This document shows positions 1 through 10,315 of a stretch of DNA of 64,000 nucleotides, in pieces (within the stretch, counting starts at the first letter, position 1; each line of letters opens with the position of its first letter). The stretch is from Bdellovibrionota bacterium FG-1 (GTDB lineage: Bacteria; Bdellovibrionota; UBA1018): assembly GCA_051382295.1 (NCBI GenBank), contig JBBCAW010000021.1:32001-96000 (forward strand), written 5' to 3'. The notes under the pieces are model-generated. The model did no database searches. It was given only the letters and a program-made list of their open reading frames with translations, and had not been told where the DNA came from. The translations under genes and the position numbers were made by a program.

Positions 1-582
1 TGCTTTGAGTTTATTGCGATCCAGGGTGACGCGAATTTCGCGTTTTCGCCCGCCGATGACTTCGACGAGCCCCACTTGGTTGACCTGCTCGAGTTTCGGT
101 CGGATGATGTCATCCGCCATATCAAAAAGCTGACCTTCAGGGAGGTTTGCCTTCAGGGCAAGTGTCAAGACCGGCTGATCGGCGGGATCAATTCGTCGAA
201 TGACCGGTTCTTTGATGTCCATGGGCAGTTTGCGTTTAGCTGAGCCGACGCGGTCACGGATTTGCTGTTCCGCGTACTTGATGTCGGTTTCCATCGTAAA
301 CTCGGCAATGAGGCGACTGACGCCTTCCTTATTGTTGGAGGTCAGGCGTTTGATTCCGGAGAGGGTGCTGAGTTCGTCTTCGAGTGGCTTGGAAATCAAG
401 GTTTCGATTTCCGAGGGGCCCGCGCCGGGATAAACTGTGGTGATGGTGACCACCGGGAAGGTGACATCGGGAAATAGGTCCACGCCGAGGCGAGACATCG
501 AAAGGAGTCCAACGGCGAGCATGAGGGTCACTAGGCAGGTAATGAAGACAGGCCGCCGAATAGAAAGATCTGCGAGATTCAT
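1..582 (-). CDS. RND efflux transporter permease subunit (AcrB/AcrD/AcrF family), N-terminal part; runs off the window edge
   Basis: Manual minus-strand translation from ATG at 582: MNLADLSIRRPVFITCLVTLMLAVGLLSMSRLGVDLFPDVTFPVVTITTVYPGAGPSEIE..., a typical AcrB-family start. ATGA overlap with the TolC-family stop. Confidence 0.93.
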   Translation of the reverse strand, partial: MNLADLSIRRPVFITCLVTLMLAVGLLSMSRLGVDLFPDVTFPVVTITTVYPGAGPSEIETLISKPLEDELSTLSGIKRLTSNNKEGVSRLIAEFTMETDIKYAEQQIRDRVGSAKRKLPMDIKEPVIRRIDPADQPVLTLALKANLPEGQLFDMADDIIRPKLEQVNQVGLVEVIGGRKREIRVTLDRNKLKA

Positions 583-2045
583 AGGTCTTCTCCGAAAAGT
601 TTCATCTGAGTCAGAATTCCAAGAACTTCACTTTGAGTTTGGATGCGGTTGAGCTGAGCAGTGGCAAAATCAGATTCGAAAGTGAGCACTTGAAAAGCGG
701 TGGACCTTCCGCTTTGAAGACGGTCTCGCTCATGAAAGAGCTTGGCTTCTTGAACTTTTTCAAGCCCGGCGGCTAATTCAAGTCGATGTTGAGCATCACC
801 GAAACGCGCATTCAAGTCGAGCCAGCCGCGTTCTTGCTCAAAAAATTTGCGTTGATAGTTGAGAGCGGCGGCTTGTTCGTCTTTCTGATATCCAGCGCGG
901 GTATTGGCCGGAATGCTCAGCGCCAGCGGAGCTTGAAATCGTAGGCCAATACTTGCTGCAGGATGAGTCAAAGCGGTGGACTGTGAAAACGCCGAGCCAA
1001 GGCTCGCATCTCGTCCATTCAGCGAAAGTGAAGCAAAGGCATCTAAATTGGGTTTTTCTCGCTCTTCCGCTGCTTGTGCCGCCGCTATAGTCGCACGTTG
1101 TTGTTGTTCGGCCGCGCGCACGTCATCGCGGAGTTCTGTCCGCTTGGGCGGCGTCAGGGTTTGAACCATTTGAGGGGTAAGTGTTGTTAATTGCTCGTTG
1201 ACCTCTTCGGTGGAAGACCCTCGTGAAGTATTTAAGGCGCGAGCGGCGGATCTTTCTTCGTCGCGCGCACGTTGCAGTTCAAGTCTGCGAGCACTGAGCT
1301 GGGCTTGTGCTTGAAGTTCATCGCTTCTATCGGCAAGTTGTAGCTTTGCGCGACGGGCGCTCCATTCGTAGGTTTTTTGCGCGCGGTCAAAATTTTCTTG
1401 GGTGAGTTGGACCGCTTGTCTTGCGGTGACTAAGCGCCAATAGGTGCCTTCAGCTTCAGCGAGCGAAGCACGTGCCGCAAATCTATTTCCAAAGCTCGAG
1501 GCCAGGGCTTGGGCTTCTATCAAAGTTTGTTGGGCTTGAACACCACGTCCAAAACCATTGCTCCAGAGAGGCTGGCTGATTTCAAAAGTCGTGGCCGTGG
1601 TATAAGCGCTTACGGCGCTCGAAAGGCCTGAGGTCGCAGAAGCTCCTGCTGCTCCCGCTAAGGCTGCAAAGAGGCCAAAATTAGGGTTATCCAAACTAAG
1701 GCTCATTAAAGAGTAAGAAAGCTTGGCTTGGGCACCGAAGCAGGTTTGTTGGGAAACGCCCAGAGAAATGATGCCTGAATTCTGAAAGTCATAGGTGTAA
1801 AGAGGGAGAGCCGGTGGGCGTCCATCATGGACGTATTGTAAGGAGGTAAAGGCCATCGGCATGGTAATCATTGAGCCTTCTTGCGAGCGAAGCTCAGCAC
1901 CCTTGGATCCCTCGATGGCTCCTTGAAAGCCGGTATTTCCCTGGCGAACTTGAGTCAAAAATTCATTTAAGGGCAGGACGACGGCCTGAGCGGCAGGGGT
2001 GAAGGCCCATAAAAATAGGCCGGTTATTAAAAAGCGAGGTTTCAT
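579..2045 (-). CDS. TolC-family outer membrane efflux protein
   Basis: Signal peptide, OEP-like helical repeats (YWRLVTARQAV, ISQPLW) and position between TetR and the RND permease. Confidence 0.85.
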   Translation of the reverse strand: MKPRFLITGLFLWAFTPAAQAVVLPLNEFLTQVRQGNTGFQGAIEGSKGAELRSQEGSMITMPMAFTSLQYVHDGRPPALPLYTYDFQNSGIISLGVSQQTCFGAQAKLSYSLMSLSLDNPNFGLFAALAGAAGASATSGLSSAVSAYTTATTFEISQPLWSNGFGRGVQAQQTLIEAQALASSFGNRFAARASLAEAEGTYWRLVTARQAVQLTQENFDRAQKTYEWSARRAKLQLADRSDELQAQAQLSARRLELQRARDEERSAARALNTSRGSSTEEVNEQLTTLTPQMVQTLTPPKRTELRDDVRAAEQQQRATIAAAQAAEEREKPNLDAFASLSLNGRDASLGSAFSQSTALTHPAASIGLRFQAPLALSIPANTRAGYQKDEQAAALNYQRKFFEQERGWLDLNARFGDAQHRLELAAGLEKVQEAKLFHERDRLQSGRSTAFQVLTFESDFATAQLNRIQTQSEVLGILTQMKLFGEDL

Positions 2046-2668
2046 AGTGAACTCCTTTTTTGAAAGAGCCCGTGAAGGTGAATCTCCAGAAAGTGTTCAG
2101 TCACGGATTGTCGATAGGTTTTGTTTTTGATTGTTTTGCCGAAAAATTTTTCGCTGATTCGATCCATTCGCATAAAATGGACCAGACTTCCAAATATCGC
2201 GGACGCGGCGATTTGAGCATCCAGTTCAGGTTTTAAAATCCCGGATTTTTGGGCCGTCACCATAAATTGAACTAAGGTTTCGAAGACCTTGAGAAAAGTG
2301 TTGCGAAAGATATCCTGGGCGATGGGCATTTCGAGGTCGCATTCGCGATGAAGGATTCGGGCGAGTTGGCTATCTTCGAGATGGGCCCCAAACATTTCCT
2401 CAACAAAAAGCTTCAGTCGCAGTTGGAACTCCTCTGGCGATTGGGGAGCCTGTAAAACTCGTTCGGCCACGGCCAGGCGGGCTCGGCCAAACTGCTCCAG
2501 GCAGGTGCGGTAGAGGTTTTCCTTTCCTCCAAAATGATAGCTAATGAGGCTCACGTTGACTCCGGCAGCCTCCGCGAGTTCTTTTACGCTGGTGCCGTCA
2601 AAGCCGCGTTCTGAAAAAAGGCGGGTGGCCGCCTCGATTAAACGATTGCGAGTGTCATCATGCGACAT
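2042..2668 (-). CDS. TetR/AcrR family transcriptional regulator
   Basis: N-terminal HTH: RLIEAATRLFSERGFDGTSVKELAEAAGVNVSLISYHFGGKENLY. Confidence 0.95.
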   Translation of the reverse strand: MSHDDTRNRLIEAATRLFSERGFDGTSVKELAEAAGVNVSLISYHFGGKENLYRTCLEQFGRARLAVAERVLQAPQSPEEFQLRLKLFVEEMFGAHLEDSQLARILHRECDLEMPIAQDIFRNTFLKVFETLVQFMVTAQKSGILKPELDAQIAASAIFGSLVHFMRMDRISEKFFGKTIKNKTYRQSVTEHFLEIHLHGLFQKRSSL

Positions 2669-2700
2669 GGGTAAAAATAAAAATAAGAGGAATAGGGTAG

Positions 2701-2724
2701 AAAGTCAAACGAACGTTTAACTTT
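2701..2724. promoter_or_regulatory. Imperfect 24-bp palindrome, probable TetR operator overlapping the -35 of the tetR-tolC-RND operon
   Basis: AAAGTcAAACGaaCGTTTaACTTT. It contains minus-strand TTGACT (2703-2708), 17 bp from TATTTT (2680-2685). Confidence 0.6.
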
Positions 2725-2788
2725 AATGAATGAGTATTTGACTTATATTCTTGGCTTTGCGGCAAGCCTAAGTGAGAATGCCCTCATC

Positions 2789-4360
2789 ATGGCAATCCCA
2801 AAAAATCTCTTTATCAAAAAAAATCTCAATCTTCTCATTCAAGACGCGGGTGATCCCAATGTTCAGGAAGGGCATGCAGGGGCGCCTCACGGAGCACTTA
2901 AGCGCACGCTGACCGCCTTTAATCTCATGATGCTCGGGATTGGTGGCATTATTGGAGCCGGGATTTTTTCGCTGACCGGGGCCGCAGCCGCAAATTATGC
3001 AGGGCCCGGGATCGTTTATAGCTTTTGCATTGGGGGGGTTCTTTGTGCTTTGGCAGGCCTTTGCTACGCTGAAATGGCAGCAATGGTGCCGGTATCGGGT
3101 TCAGCCTATGCCTATTCTTACGCGACACTGGGTGAGTTGATTGCTTGGATTATCGGTTGGGATTTGGTGCTTGAATACGCGTTTGGTGCGGTGACGGTTT
3201 CAGCTTCTTGGTCGGGTTATTTTTATTCTTTGTTTCATAAAACCTTAGGGTTTGATTTTCCGGATTGGGCGATTCGATTGACCAAAGGCCCCTGGGAACT
3301 TGTCACGCTCGGCGATGGTACTCAAGTCGGCGGCGTGTGGAATCTTCCGGCCACCTTTATTTCTCTTTGTATTATGGGGATTTTGATTCGAGGGATGCGT
3401 GAAAGTGCGTTTGTCAATAATATCATCGTTGTTGTCAAAGTGACGATTATTTGCGTGTTTATCGCTTTGGGATGGTCGGTGATTGATCATGCCAATTGGA
3501 TTGCCGATTCTTCCGTGACGGGTTTTTTGGCCCTGATTCCGCCTCGCGGCGAGGCGATGCGGGATGGTCATGCAATTGCAGCTTATGGCTTTCCAGGGGT
3601 TTTGACTGGAGCCGGCGTGGTGTTTTTCGCCTACATTGGGTTTGATGCGGTTTCTACAACCGCGCAAGAGGCTATTAATCCGAAACGGGACATGCCCATC
3701 GGGATTCTGGGTTCACTCGTAGTCTGCACGATATTGTATATCTTGATGGCTTTGGTTTTGACTGGTGTTGTTCCCTACAAAGAACTCGGTGTACCGGATC
3801 CAGTGGCCGTGGGGATTGACCGCATCGTTCAGCTGCGAGGTTGGTCGATTGGCGCCCAGAAAATTTTTACCTTTATCGTGAAACTCGGTGCGCTCGCGGG
3901 TCTCACTTCGGTGATTTTGGTCCTTATTTTGGGGCAAACGCGTATTTTCTATTCGATGTCGCGTGATGGTTTGTTGCCTTGGTTTCATAAAATACACCCC
4001 CATTTTCATACGCCTTATGTGGCTACGATTGTGACGGGGATTTTTGTGGCGATTTGCGGAGGACTTATGCCCATGAGTTTGGTGGGTGAATTGGTTTCTA
4101 TCGGGACTTTACTGGCCTTTGTTTTGGTTTGTGTGGGCGTTCCCATTTTACGAAAAACCCATCCAGACGTGGAGCGTCCGTTCAAGACTCCAATGGCGAT
4201 GATTGTCGGCCCCTTGGGCGCGATCGCTTGTTTGTGGGTGATGTCAGGCCTTCCGATGGATACCTGGATCCGAATGATTGTGTGGCTCGTGATTGGTTTT
4301 GTGGTGTATTTCGGCTACGGCATCAAAAATAGCCGCATTCGGCGCTTAAGCTCGAACTGA
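2789..4360 (+). CDS. APC-family amino acid permease (copy 1)
   Basis: Motifs GIGGIIGAGIF, CYAEMAAMVPVSGSAYAY, FFAYIGFDAVST and SRDGLLP. Start moved to ATG 2789 (the ORF is open from 2726). Confidence 0.93.
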   Translation: MAIPKNLFIKKNLNLLIQDAGDPNVQEGHAGAPHGALKRTLTAFNLMMLGIGGIIGAGIFSLTGAAAANYAGPGIVYSFCIGGVLCALAGLCYAEMAAMVPVSGSAYAYSYATLGELIAWIIGWDLVLEYAFGAVTVSASWSGYFYSLFHKTLGFDFPDWAIRLTKGPWELVTLGDGTQVGGVWNLPATFISLCIMGILIRGMRESAFVNNIIVVVKVTIICVFIALGWSVIDHANWIADSSVTGFLALIPPRGEAMRDGHAIAAYGFPGVLTGAGVVFFAYIGFDAVSTTAQEAINPKRDMPIGILGSLVVCTILYILMALVLTGVVPYKELGVPDPVAVGIDRIVQLRGWSIGAQKIFTFIVKLGALAGLTSVILVLILGQTRIFYSMSRDGLLPWFHKIHPHFHTPYVATIVTGIFVAICGGLMPMSLVGELVSIGTLLAFVLVCVGVPILRKTHPDVERPFKTPMAMIVGPLGAIACLWVMSGLPMDTWIRMIVWLVIGFVVYFGYGIKNSRIRRLSSN

Positions 4361-4378
4361 AACGGGGAGTACGTTACC

Positions 4379-6118
4379 TTGCGGAAACAGCTATTTCGGG
4401 TCAAACCGATTGATCAACTTCGTGCGGATGATGACCCCCATGGCAATGTGGGGGAGGGAATTAAGCTTCACCGATCCTTGGGGGTCTGGGATCTGACCTC
4501 GCTCGGAATCGCGGCGATTATTGGGGCTGGGATTTTCTCCACCATTGGTAATGCTGCTTTTGATGGTGGGCCGGCAGTGGTGTTTTTGTTTGTTTTTACG
4601 GCGATAGCGTGCGCGTTTTCGGCGCTTTGTTATGCTGAATTTGCTTCCATGGTGCCTATGGCGGGTTCGGCCTACACCTATGCCTACACGAGTTTTGGCG
4701 AACTGGTTGCCTGGATCATTGGCTGGGATCTCATCATGGAGTACGCCATTGGCAATATTGCAGTGGCAATTTCGTGGAGTGACTATTTTTGCAGTCTGCT
4801 CGCGGGTTATGGGGTCCACGTTCCTGGTTATTTCACCATGGATATGCTGAGCGCTCATCGGTCCTTTGAAAAAGTAGGCACATTTTTAGCCCAAGGAGGC
4901 ACGCTGGCCCGTGCGGCTACGGAGATTTCTTCCGCTTCGGTGGCGGGTTATGAGGCGTGGAGTACCGCCCCTCGTATTTTTGGGATCCCAGTAGTTTGTA
5001 ATTTGCCGGCGCTTCTCATTACTGTGGTCATTACAGCAATTGTTTATATCGGGATTCGTGAATCCAAGCGCGCCTCCAATGCCATGGTGGGACTCAAGCT
5101 TTGCATTATTGCAGCAGTCATTGTGATCGGCGCGTTTTATGTGCGCCCTGAAAATTGGATTCCGTTTGCCCCGAACGGGGTGAGTGGGGTTTTGAAGGGT
5201 GTTTCAGCGGTGTTTTTTGCTTACATCGGCTTTGATGCTATTTCTACCACGGCAGAAGAATGTAAAAATCCGCAGCGGGATCTTCCACGTGGGATGATTT
5301 ACTCGTTGGTGATTTGTACGGTTCTGTACATTTTGATCTCACTCGTGCTCACCGGAATGATTAGTTATAAAGAACTGCAAGTCGGTGATCCACTCTCGTT
5401 TGTTTTTGGCCCTAAAGGTGCAAATATTCCTTGGATCGCGAGCGTGGTGGCGATCAGCGCAGTAATTGCTATGGCCGGGGTTTTGCTCGTATTTCAGCTC
5501 GGCCAGCCCCGTATTTGGATGTCAATGAGCCGTGATGGTTTGCTTCCCCCGATTTTTAGCGCCGTCCATCCCCGTTTTCAAACACCGTGGTTTTCGACGT
5601 TGGTGACGGGCGCGGTCGTGGCGATCCCTTCGTTGTTTTTGAACCTAACTGAGGTGACCGATCTGACAAGTATTGGTACGTTGTTTGCTTTTATTCTGGT
5701 TTGTGGCGGGATTCTGATGTTGGAACATCATCAGCCCCACCTCAAACGCTCTTTTAAAGTGCCCTATGTGAATGGGCAATGGATTATTCCGAGTTTAAGT
5801 GCAATCGCCGTTGTTTTGCTTTTGGTTTTCAATCCGAGCGGGGTGGCAGATTATTTCAAGTTTCAAGGGTTCGAAAAATTTCTGAGCCATCTCCCGATGT
5901 GGGCCTATTTAGTTGGGATGGTTTGCCTGAACTGGCTTTGCATGAAGCACCGTCTCTCGCTGATTCCCTCTCTGGGGTTAGCAAGTTGCGGGTATCTGAT
6001 GACCGAGCTTGGCGTACTGAACTGGATGCGCTTTGGGTTATGGCTCGTGGTTGGCCTTACGGTCTATTTCGGCTATGGGTTCAAACGAAGTCATCTGAAT
6101 AAAGCGGCCACGGCGTAA
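4379..6118 (+). CDS. APC-family amino acid permease (copy 2, tandem paralog)
   Basis: Motifs GIAAIIGAGIF, CYAEFASMVPMAGSAYTY, FFAYIGFDAIST and SRDGLLP. TTG start after GGGGAG. Confidence 0.93.
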   Translation: MRKQLFRVKPIDQLRADDDPHGNVGEGIKLHRSLGVWDLTSLGIAAIIGAGIFSTIGNAAFDGGPAVVFLFVFTAIACAFSALCYAEFASMVPMAGSAYTYAYTSFGELVAWIIGWDLIMEYAIGNIAVAISWSDYFCSLLAGYGVHVPGYFTMDMLSAHRSFEKVGTFLAQGGTLARAATEISSASVAGYEAWSTAPRIFGIPVVCNLPALLITVVITAIVYIGIRESKRASNAMVGLKLCIIAAVIVIGAFYVRPENWIPFAPNGVSGVLKGVSAVFFAYIGFDAISTTAEECKNPQRDLPRGMIYSLVICTVLYILISLVLTGMISYKELQVGDPLSFVFGPKGANIPWIASVVAISAVIAMAGVLLVFQLGQPRIWMSMSRDGLLPPIFSAVHPRFQTPWFSTLVTGAVVAIPSLFLNLTEVTDLTSIGTLFAFILVCGGILMLEHHQPHLKRSFKVPYVNGQWIIPSLSAIAVVLLLVFNPSGVADYFKFQGFEKFLSHLPMWAYLVGMVCLNWLCMKHRLSLIPSLGLASCGYLMTELGVLNWMRFGLWLVVGLTVYFGYGFKRSHLNKAATA

Positions 6119-6132
6119 GACTGGAAACGGGG

Positions 6133-6792
6133 CTATCTTCGGTTCATGGCACCTTCATTCTTCAAATAAAAGGGCTGAATAGTCCCCGTATCTTCATCGA
6201 CGGATGGGTCAGGGGGGGCTTTAGCTTTTGGAGTATCCTCCGAGGATACTGCGGCCGGCGCGCGTTTTTCAGACTCGGGTTTGCCTTGAGCCAAAGCGGG
6301 GTGTCCGTCCGGATAAAGCTGGGTGGGTTCTGCTTCGAGGCGATAAGCCACGACGCCGTCTGAAAGGCCATTATTGGAAATGATGATCTTGTCGAATTCC
6401 TTTTCGCTGGGGTCACGGTAGGTTTTGAAGCCTTCTTGAAGGTCAATGCCGAGGATCGCCCGTCGAATGAGTTGGGTTTCTGGCGCGTTGGTAAAGCGGT
6501 ATCCAATCACCATGACGGGTCTGCCTTTATTTCGCTTGTCGAGTTTGAGTGCGAGTCCTTTGAGGCTACCACTGGGGTAAACGTGGACTTCGAGGTTGCC
6601 CTCCCATTCGATGACGTGCACTTTTCGGCCGGATTTTCCGGTACCGTCGAGGCGATCGTAATCATCAGGATCGTCTCCTGCTCCCGGGGCTCCCGCGATT
6701 GCTGACTGGGCGAGAGCGAGAACAAAAACAAAGAAAGTGGCAAAAAAGGTCACGAAGAACGTCGGACGGCGAGTGAGTTTTAGCGATGGCAT
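6133..6792 (-). CDS. Hypothetical secreted protein
   Basis: 219-aa ORF with a basic N-terminus, a hydrophobic signal peptide and an upstream AGGA; no family recognised. Confidence 0.75.
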   Translation of the reverse strand: MPSLKLTRRPTFFVTFFATFFVFVLALAQSAIAGAPGAGDDPDDYDRLDGTGKSGRKVHVIEWEGNLEVHVYPSGSLKGLALKLDKRNKGRPVMVIGYRFTNAPETQLIRRAILGIDLQEGFKTYRDPSEKEFDKIIISNNGLSDGVVAYRLEAEPTQLYPDGHPALAQGKPESEKRAPAAVSSEDTPKAKAPPDPSVDEDTGTIQPFYLKNEGAMNRR

Positions 6793-6880
6793 GAGGTCCT
6801 CTGGATAGTTGAGCGGAGCGGTTATGTATTAATGATTGAACAACTCCAGGAGTTTGGGAATGTGTCATTTATGGCGCATC

Positions 6881-6931
6881 CATGGCAAGATTTCATGGCA
6901 GATTGACATGGCACATAATTTGTACTATGCT
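6881..6931 (+). promoter_or_regulatory. Sigma70-type promoter of the TA operon with three CATGGCA direct repeats (probable antitoxin operator)
   Basis: TTGACA 6903-6908, 17-bp spacer, TATGCT 6926-6931. CATGGCA at 6881, 6894 and 6907 (13-bp period). Confidence 0.65.
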
Positions 6932-6937
6932 TAGGCC

Positions 6938-7219
6938 ATGAGATCTGCTGCTAAGAGTACTAATTTTCATGTCCCTCTTCCGGAGGAGACCTATTCGGAA
7001 CTCAGGGAAGCCTCTCAGGATCTGAATCGTCCGGCCACGCAGCTTGTGCGTGAGGTGATTCAAACTTGGCTAAAACAAAGGAAAAAAGAAGTTTTGCGGC
7101 AACAGCTCGCGGCTTACGTTTCTACCCATTCTGGAACTCGCTATGATCTTGATCCGGAGTTAGAGGCAGCCGGAATTGAGCATTTATTAGATCAAGAAGC
7201 GGGGGCGAAAATAAAATGA
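6938..7219 (+). CDS. Putative ribbon-helix-helix antitoxin
   Basis: RHH-like N-terminus (NFHVPLPEETYSELREASQDLNRPATQLVREVI); ATGA overlap with the downstream MazF-type toxin. Confidence 0.8.
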   Translation: MRSAAKSTNFHVPLPEETYSELREASQDLNRPATQLVREVIQTWLKQRKKEVLRQQLAAYVSTHSGTRYDLDPELEAAGIEHLLDQEAGAKIK

Positions 7220-7563
7220 AGCGGGGCGAAATTTATTGGGCTGACCTGATTCCTCGGTCTGGGTCCGAGCAGCTGGGCAGAAGACCCGTCATCATTATTT
7301 CGCATGACGTGTTCAACGAAAGCCCTCAGTGGCATTCCATCATTATTGTTCCTGTCTCGACCTCTGAAAAACAGGCACAGCGTGGTCCTTCCGCGGTTTT
7401 TCTTCAAAAGGGAACGGCCGATCTTAAATACAGTAGTGTCGCCCTTTGTCATCAGATCACAACATTAGATCGTTCCAAGTTTAAAGAGCGAATTGGGATG
7501 CTTCCGGCCTCTATCCTTTCTGAAGTTGAAAGCGGGATTAAGGCGGCTTTGGATATTGCGTGA
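7216..7563 (+). CDS. mazF: PemK/MazF family endoribonuclease toxin
   Basis: Motifs MKRGEIYWADL..GSEQLGRRPVIIIS and ALCHQITTLDRSKFKERIG. Confidence 0.92.
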   Translation: MKRGEIYWADLIPRSGSEQLGRRPVIIISHDVFNESPQWHSIIIVPVSTSEKQAQRGPSAVFLQKGTADLKYSSVALCHQITTLDRSKFKERIGMLPASILSEVESGIKAALDIA

Positions 7564-7590
7564 AGTGTTTTGCCAGCATATATCCATATT

Positions 7591-9273
7591 ATGGCGCAAA
7601 AATTTGCTTATTCGATGCAGGGTGTTGGAAAGAGCTATCCCCCCAATAAACAGGTTCTTCGGGATATTTGGCTATCTTTTTATTACGGCGCCAAAATCGG
7701 TATTTTAGGTCTGAATGGTTCTGGAAAGTCAACCCTTCTCAAAATTATTGCCGGTGAAGAAAAAAACTTCAATGGTGAGGCAAAGCCCACTGAGGGCATG
7801 AGCATTGGCTATTTGCACCAAGAACCCGCGCTCGACGAAACCAAGAACGTTCGTGAAAACATCATGTCGGGATTGGGCGAGGTGGTTAAATGGCTCGCTC
7901 GATTCAATGAAATTACCGAGGCATTTTCCAATCCTGATTTGGATCCCGACAAAATGGAAAAGCTGCTCGAAGAGCAGGGGAATCTTCAAGAAAAAATTGA
8001 GCATGCGAATGGCTGGGACATTGATCGCACGCTCGATATCGCGATGGACGCGCTTCGTTGCCCTCCTGCCGATTGGCCGGTCAAACAGCTTTCAGGGGGC
8101 GAGCGCCGCCGAGTGGCCCTCTGCCGCCTCCTTCTTCAAAAACCTGACATTTTACTCTTGGATGAGCCGACCAATCATCTCGACGCGGAGTCGGTCGCTT
8201 GGCTTGAAAAATTTCTTCATGGCTATCCGGGCACTGTGCTCGCGGTCACTCACGATCGTTACTTTTTGGACAACATCGCGGGTTGGATTTTGGAACTCGA
8301 CCGCGGCCATGGAATCCCTTGGGAGGGGAATTACTCTTCATGGCTGGAGCAAAAACAGGGACGTTTGGCCCTGGAAGAAAAGCAAGAGACGAAGCGGCAA
8401 AAGAGTTTGGAACGCGAGTTGGAGTGGATTCGGCAATCTCCGCGCGCTCGGCAGGCCAAGAGCAAAGCACGTATTTCTGCGTACGATAAACTTCTCAGTC
8501 AGGATTTTTCCAAAGCCGTTGAAGAAATGGAAATTTTTATTCCACCCGGACCGCGCCTGGGGAATTTGGTTTTTGAGGCCAATAAGATCAGTAAAGCTTA
8601 TGGCGAAAAAGTATTGTTTGAAGATCTTTCGTTCAATATCCCCCCCGGCGGCATTGTGGGGGTGATCGGTGGGAACGGTGCGGGTAAAACGACGCTCTTT
8701 AGGATGCTCACCGGCCGGGAAAAGCCGGATTCCGGGGTGATTCGAATCGGTGAAACCGTTAAGATCGCTTACGTTGACCAGTCTCGTGATGCGCTGGATC
8801 CAGAAAAAACGGTTTGGGAAGAAATCGCCGACGGTAAAAATGAAATGATCCTGCTGGGAAATCGCGAAGTCGCGTCTCGTGCTTATTGCGCGCGTTTTAA
8901 TTTTACCGGTGCGGATCAGCAGAAAAAGGTCGGTATTCTTTCAGGCGGTGAGCGAAATCGCGTTCATATGGCCAAGCTTTTGAAAAGTGGCGGCAATGTG
9001 CTGCTTCTCGATGAACCTACCAACGATTTAGACGTCAATACGCTCCGGGCCTTAGAAGAAGCACTCCTGAATTATGCCGGTTGCGCCTTGGTGATCAGCC
9101 ATGATCGTTGGTTCTTGGATCGTATTTGCACGCATATCATGGCTTTTGAGGGTGACTCAAAAGTCGTCATGTTCGAGGGTAACTTCCAGGAGTACGAAGA
9201 AGATAAGAAAAAGCGCTTGGGTTCCGAAGCGGTGGAGCCGCACCGGATGAAGTTTAAGAAGTTAACGCACTAG
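7591..9273 (+). CDS. ettA: Energy-dependent translational throttle protein EttA (ABC-F)
   Basis: [23 protein letters not shown], two ABC cassettes, linker [21 protein letters not shown] and IPPGPRLG. Confidence 0.95.
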   Translation: MAQKFAYSMQGVGKSYPPNKQVLRDIWLSFYYGAKIGILGLNGSGKSTLLKIIAGEEKNFNGEAKPTEGMSIGYLHQEPALDETKNVRENIMSGLGEVVKWLARFNEITEAFSNPDLDPDKMEKLLEEQGNLQEKIEHANGWDIDRTLDIAMDALRCPPADWPVKQLSGGERRRVALCRLLLQKPDILLLDEPTNHLDAESVAWLEKFLHGYPGTVLAVTHDRYFLDNIAGWILELDRGHGIPWEGNYSSWLEQKQGRLALEEKQETKRQKSLERELEWIRQSPRARQAKSKARISAYDKLLSQDFSKAVEEMEIFIPPGPRLGNLVFEANKISKAYGEKVLFEDLSFNIPPGGIVGVIGGNGAGKTTLFRMLTGREKPDSGVIRIGETVKIAYVDQSRDALDPEKTVWEEIADGKNEMILLGNREVASRAYCARFNFTGADQQKKVGILSGGERNRVHMAKLLKSGGNVLLLDEPTNDLDVNTLRALEEALLNYAGCALVISHDRWFLDRICTHIMAFEGDSKVVMFEGNFQEYEEDKKKRLGSEAVEPHRMKFKKLTH

Positions 9274-9296
9274 CTCTACCAAAAGGTGCGGAGCAC

Positions 9297-9848
9297 CTAA
9301 CTTTTCTGCTTAGCCGCAAACTTAGCCATATGCCCTACCGTTTCGCGAAGCTGTTCGATCTGGCCTTCTTCGCGGAGATCGGGGAGTCCTAGTTCATGGA
9401 GGGCGAGCCCGGAAAGCGGAATTCCGTAGCGGCGGAAAAAGTAATGCGCGGCTAGGACTGCGGTTCGGCGATTGGCGTCCTCAAAGCAATGTGCCAGCAC
9501 GAGTCCAGTATAAATCTCAATGGATGCATCAATCGGGTGGCCGGCTTCCGCGACTTCCGTGGCATGGTGCAGTTTTTCCCGCGCGATGACCATTTGATTG
9601 GCGATCACTTCCAGAGTTTCGGTTTTGCCGCCCGGAAGGGTGATCGTCGCTTTTTGTTGTCGCCAGGCCAAATCGGTATCAGCCGACCGTTTGCCCGTCA
9701 AAATATTGTTCAAACGGGCAAGTTCGGAAGTGGTGAGCAGGGCGCGGTGATCCGCAAGGCTTTCGGCCACCTCGCGGGCATGTTCAAACCGGGTCATTTC
9801 GAGTTGCCGCTTGAGTGTGAGCGGGGATTCACTAGATTCTGGAGTCAT
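9297..9848 (-). CDS. Fic/Doc family protein
   Basis: Active-site-like motif HCFEDANRRTA. Confidence 0.8.
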   Translation of the reverse strand: MTPESSESPLTLKRQLEMTRFEHAREVAESLADHRALLTTSELARLNNILTGKRSADTDLAWRQQKATITLPGGKTETLEVIANQMVIAREKLHHATEVAEAGHPIDASIEIYTGLVLAHCFEDANRRTAVLAAHYFFRRYGIPLSGLALHELGLPDLREEGQIEQLRETVGHMAKFAAKQKS

Positions 9849-9916
9849 GAGCTTTCCTCTTCCCCAGAATGGAAGAAACCCCCCAGTAGGTCAAGCATTC
9901 GGTTATAATCCCAATT

Positions 9917-10249
9917 ATGAGTTCCGGAATGGACGAAAATGATGCGGACGCTGGCATAGGGGTAGTCGTTCAAGATGGCCGACCTCAGTTGAAAGAGCCC
10001 AGCAAATATGCGGTGCTTCTCCATAATGATGATTACACGACCATGGAATTTGTAATGGAGGTTTTGAAACGTTTTTTTCATCAGGTCGAGGCTAATGCCT
10101 TTGAGATTATGATGAAAGTTCATCAGAATGGGAGCGGTGTGGCGGGCGTCTATAGTTTTGAAATTGCGGAAACCAAGGTTGCGCAGGTGACCGAGGCGGC
10201 TCGGGGTCGGGGCTTTCCTTTGAAATGCACGGTTGAAAGAGAAATATAA
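9917..10249 (+). CDS. clpS: ATP-dependent Clp protease adaptor ClpS
   Basis: YAVLLHNDDYTTMEFVMEVL...AETKV...GFPLKC; directly upstream of clpA. Confidence 0.97.
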   Translation: MSSGMDENDADAGIGVVVQDGRPQLKEPSKYAVLLHNDDYTTMEFVMEVLKRFFHQVEANAFEIMMKVHQNGSGVAGVYSFEIAETKVAQVTEAARGRGFPLKCTVEREI

Positions 10250-10315
10250 CTCGGTGCGCGATGTCAGAGTATTTGCAATAGAGTATAGGCGTGACAGGAG
10301 GGGCAGAGGGAAAAA

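Noticed and set aside
7805..8665. 286-aa alternative-frame ORF inside ettA (and similar nested ORFs in clpA, dnaE, acnA and otsA)
   Set aside because: Off-frame or antisense shadows of well-supported genes, with no recognisable motifs.
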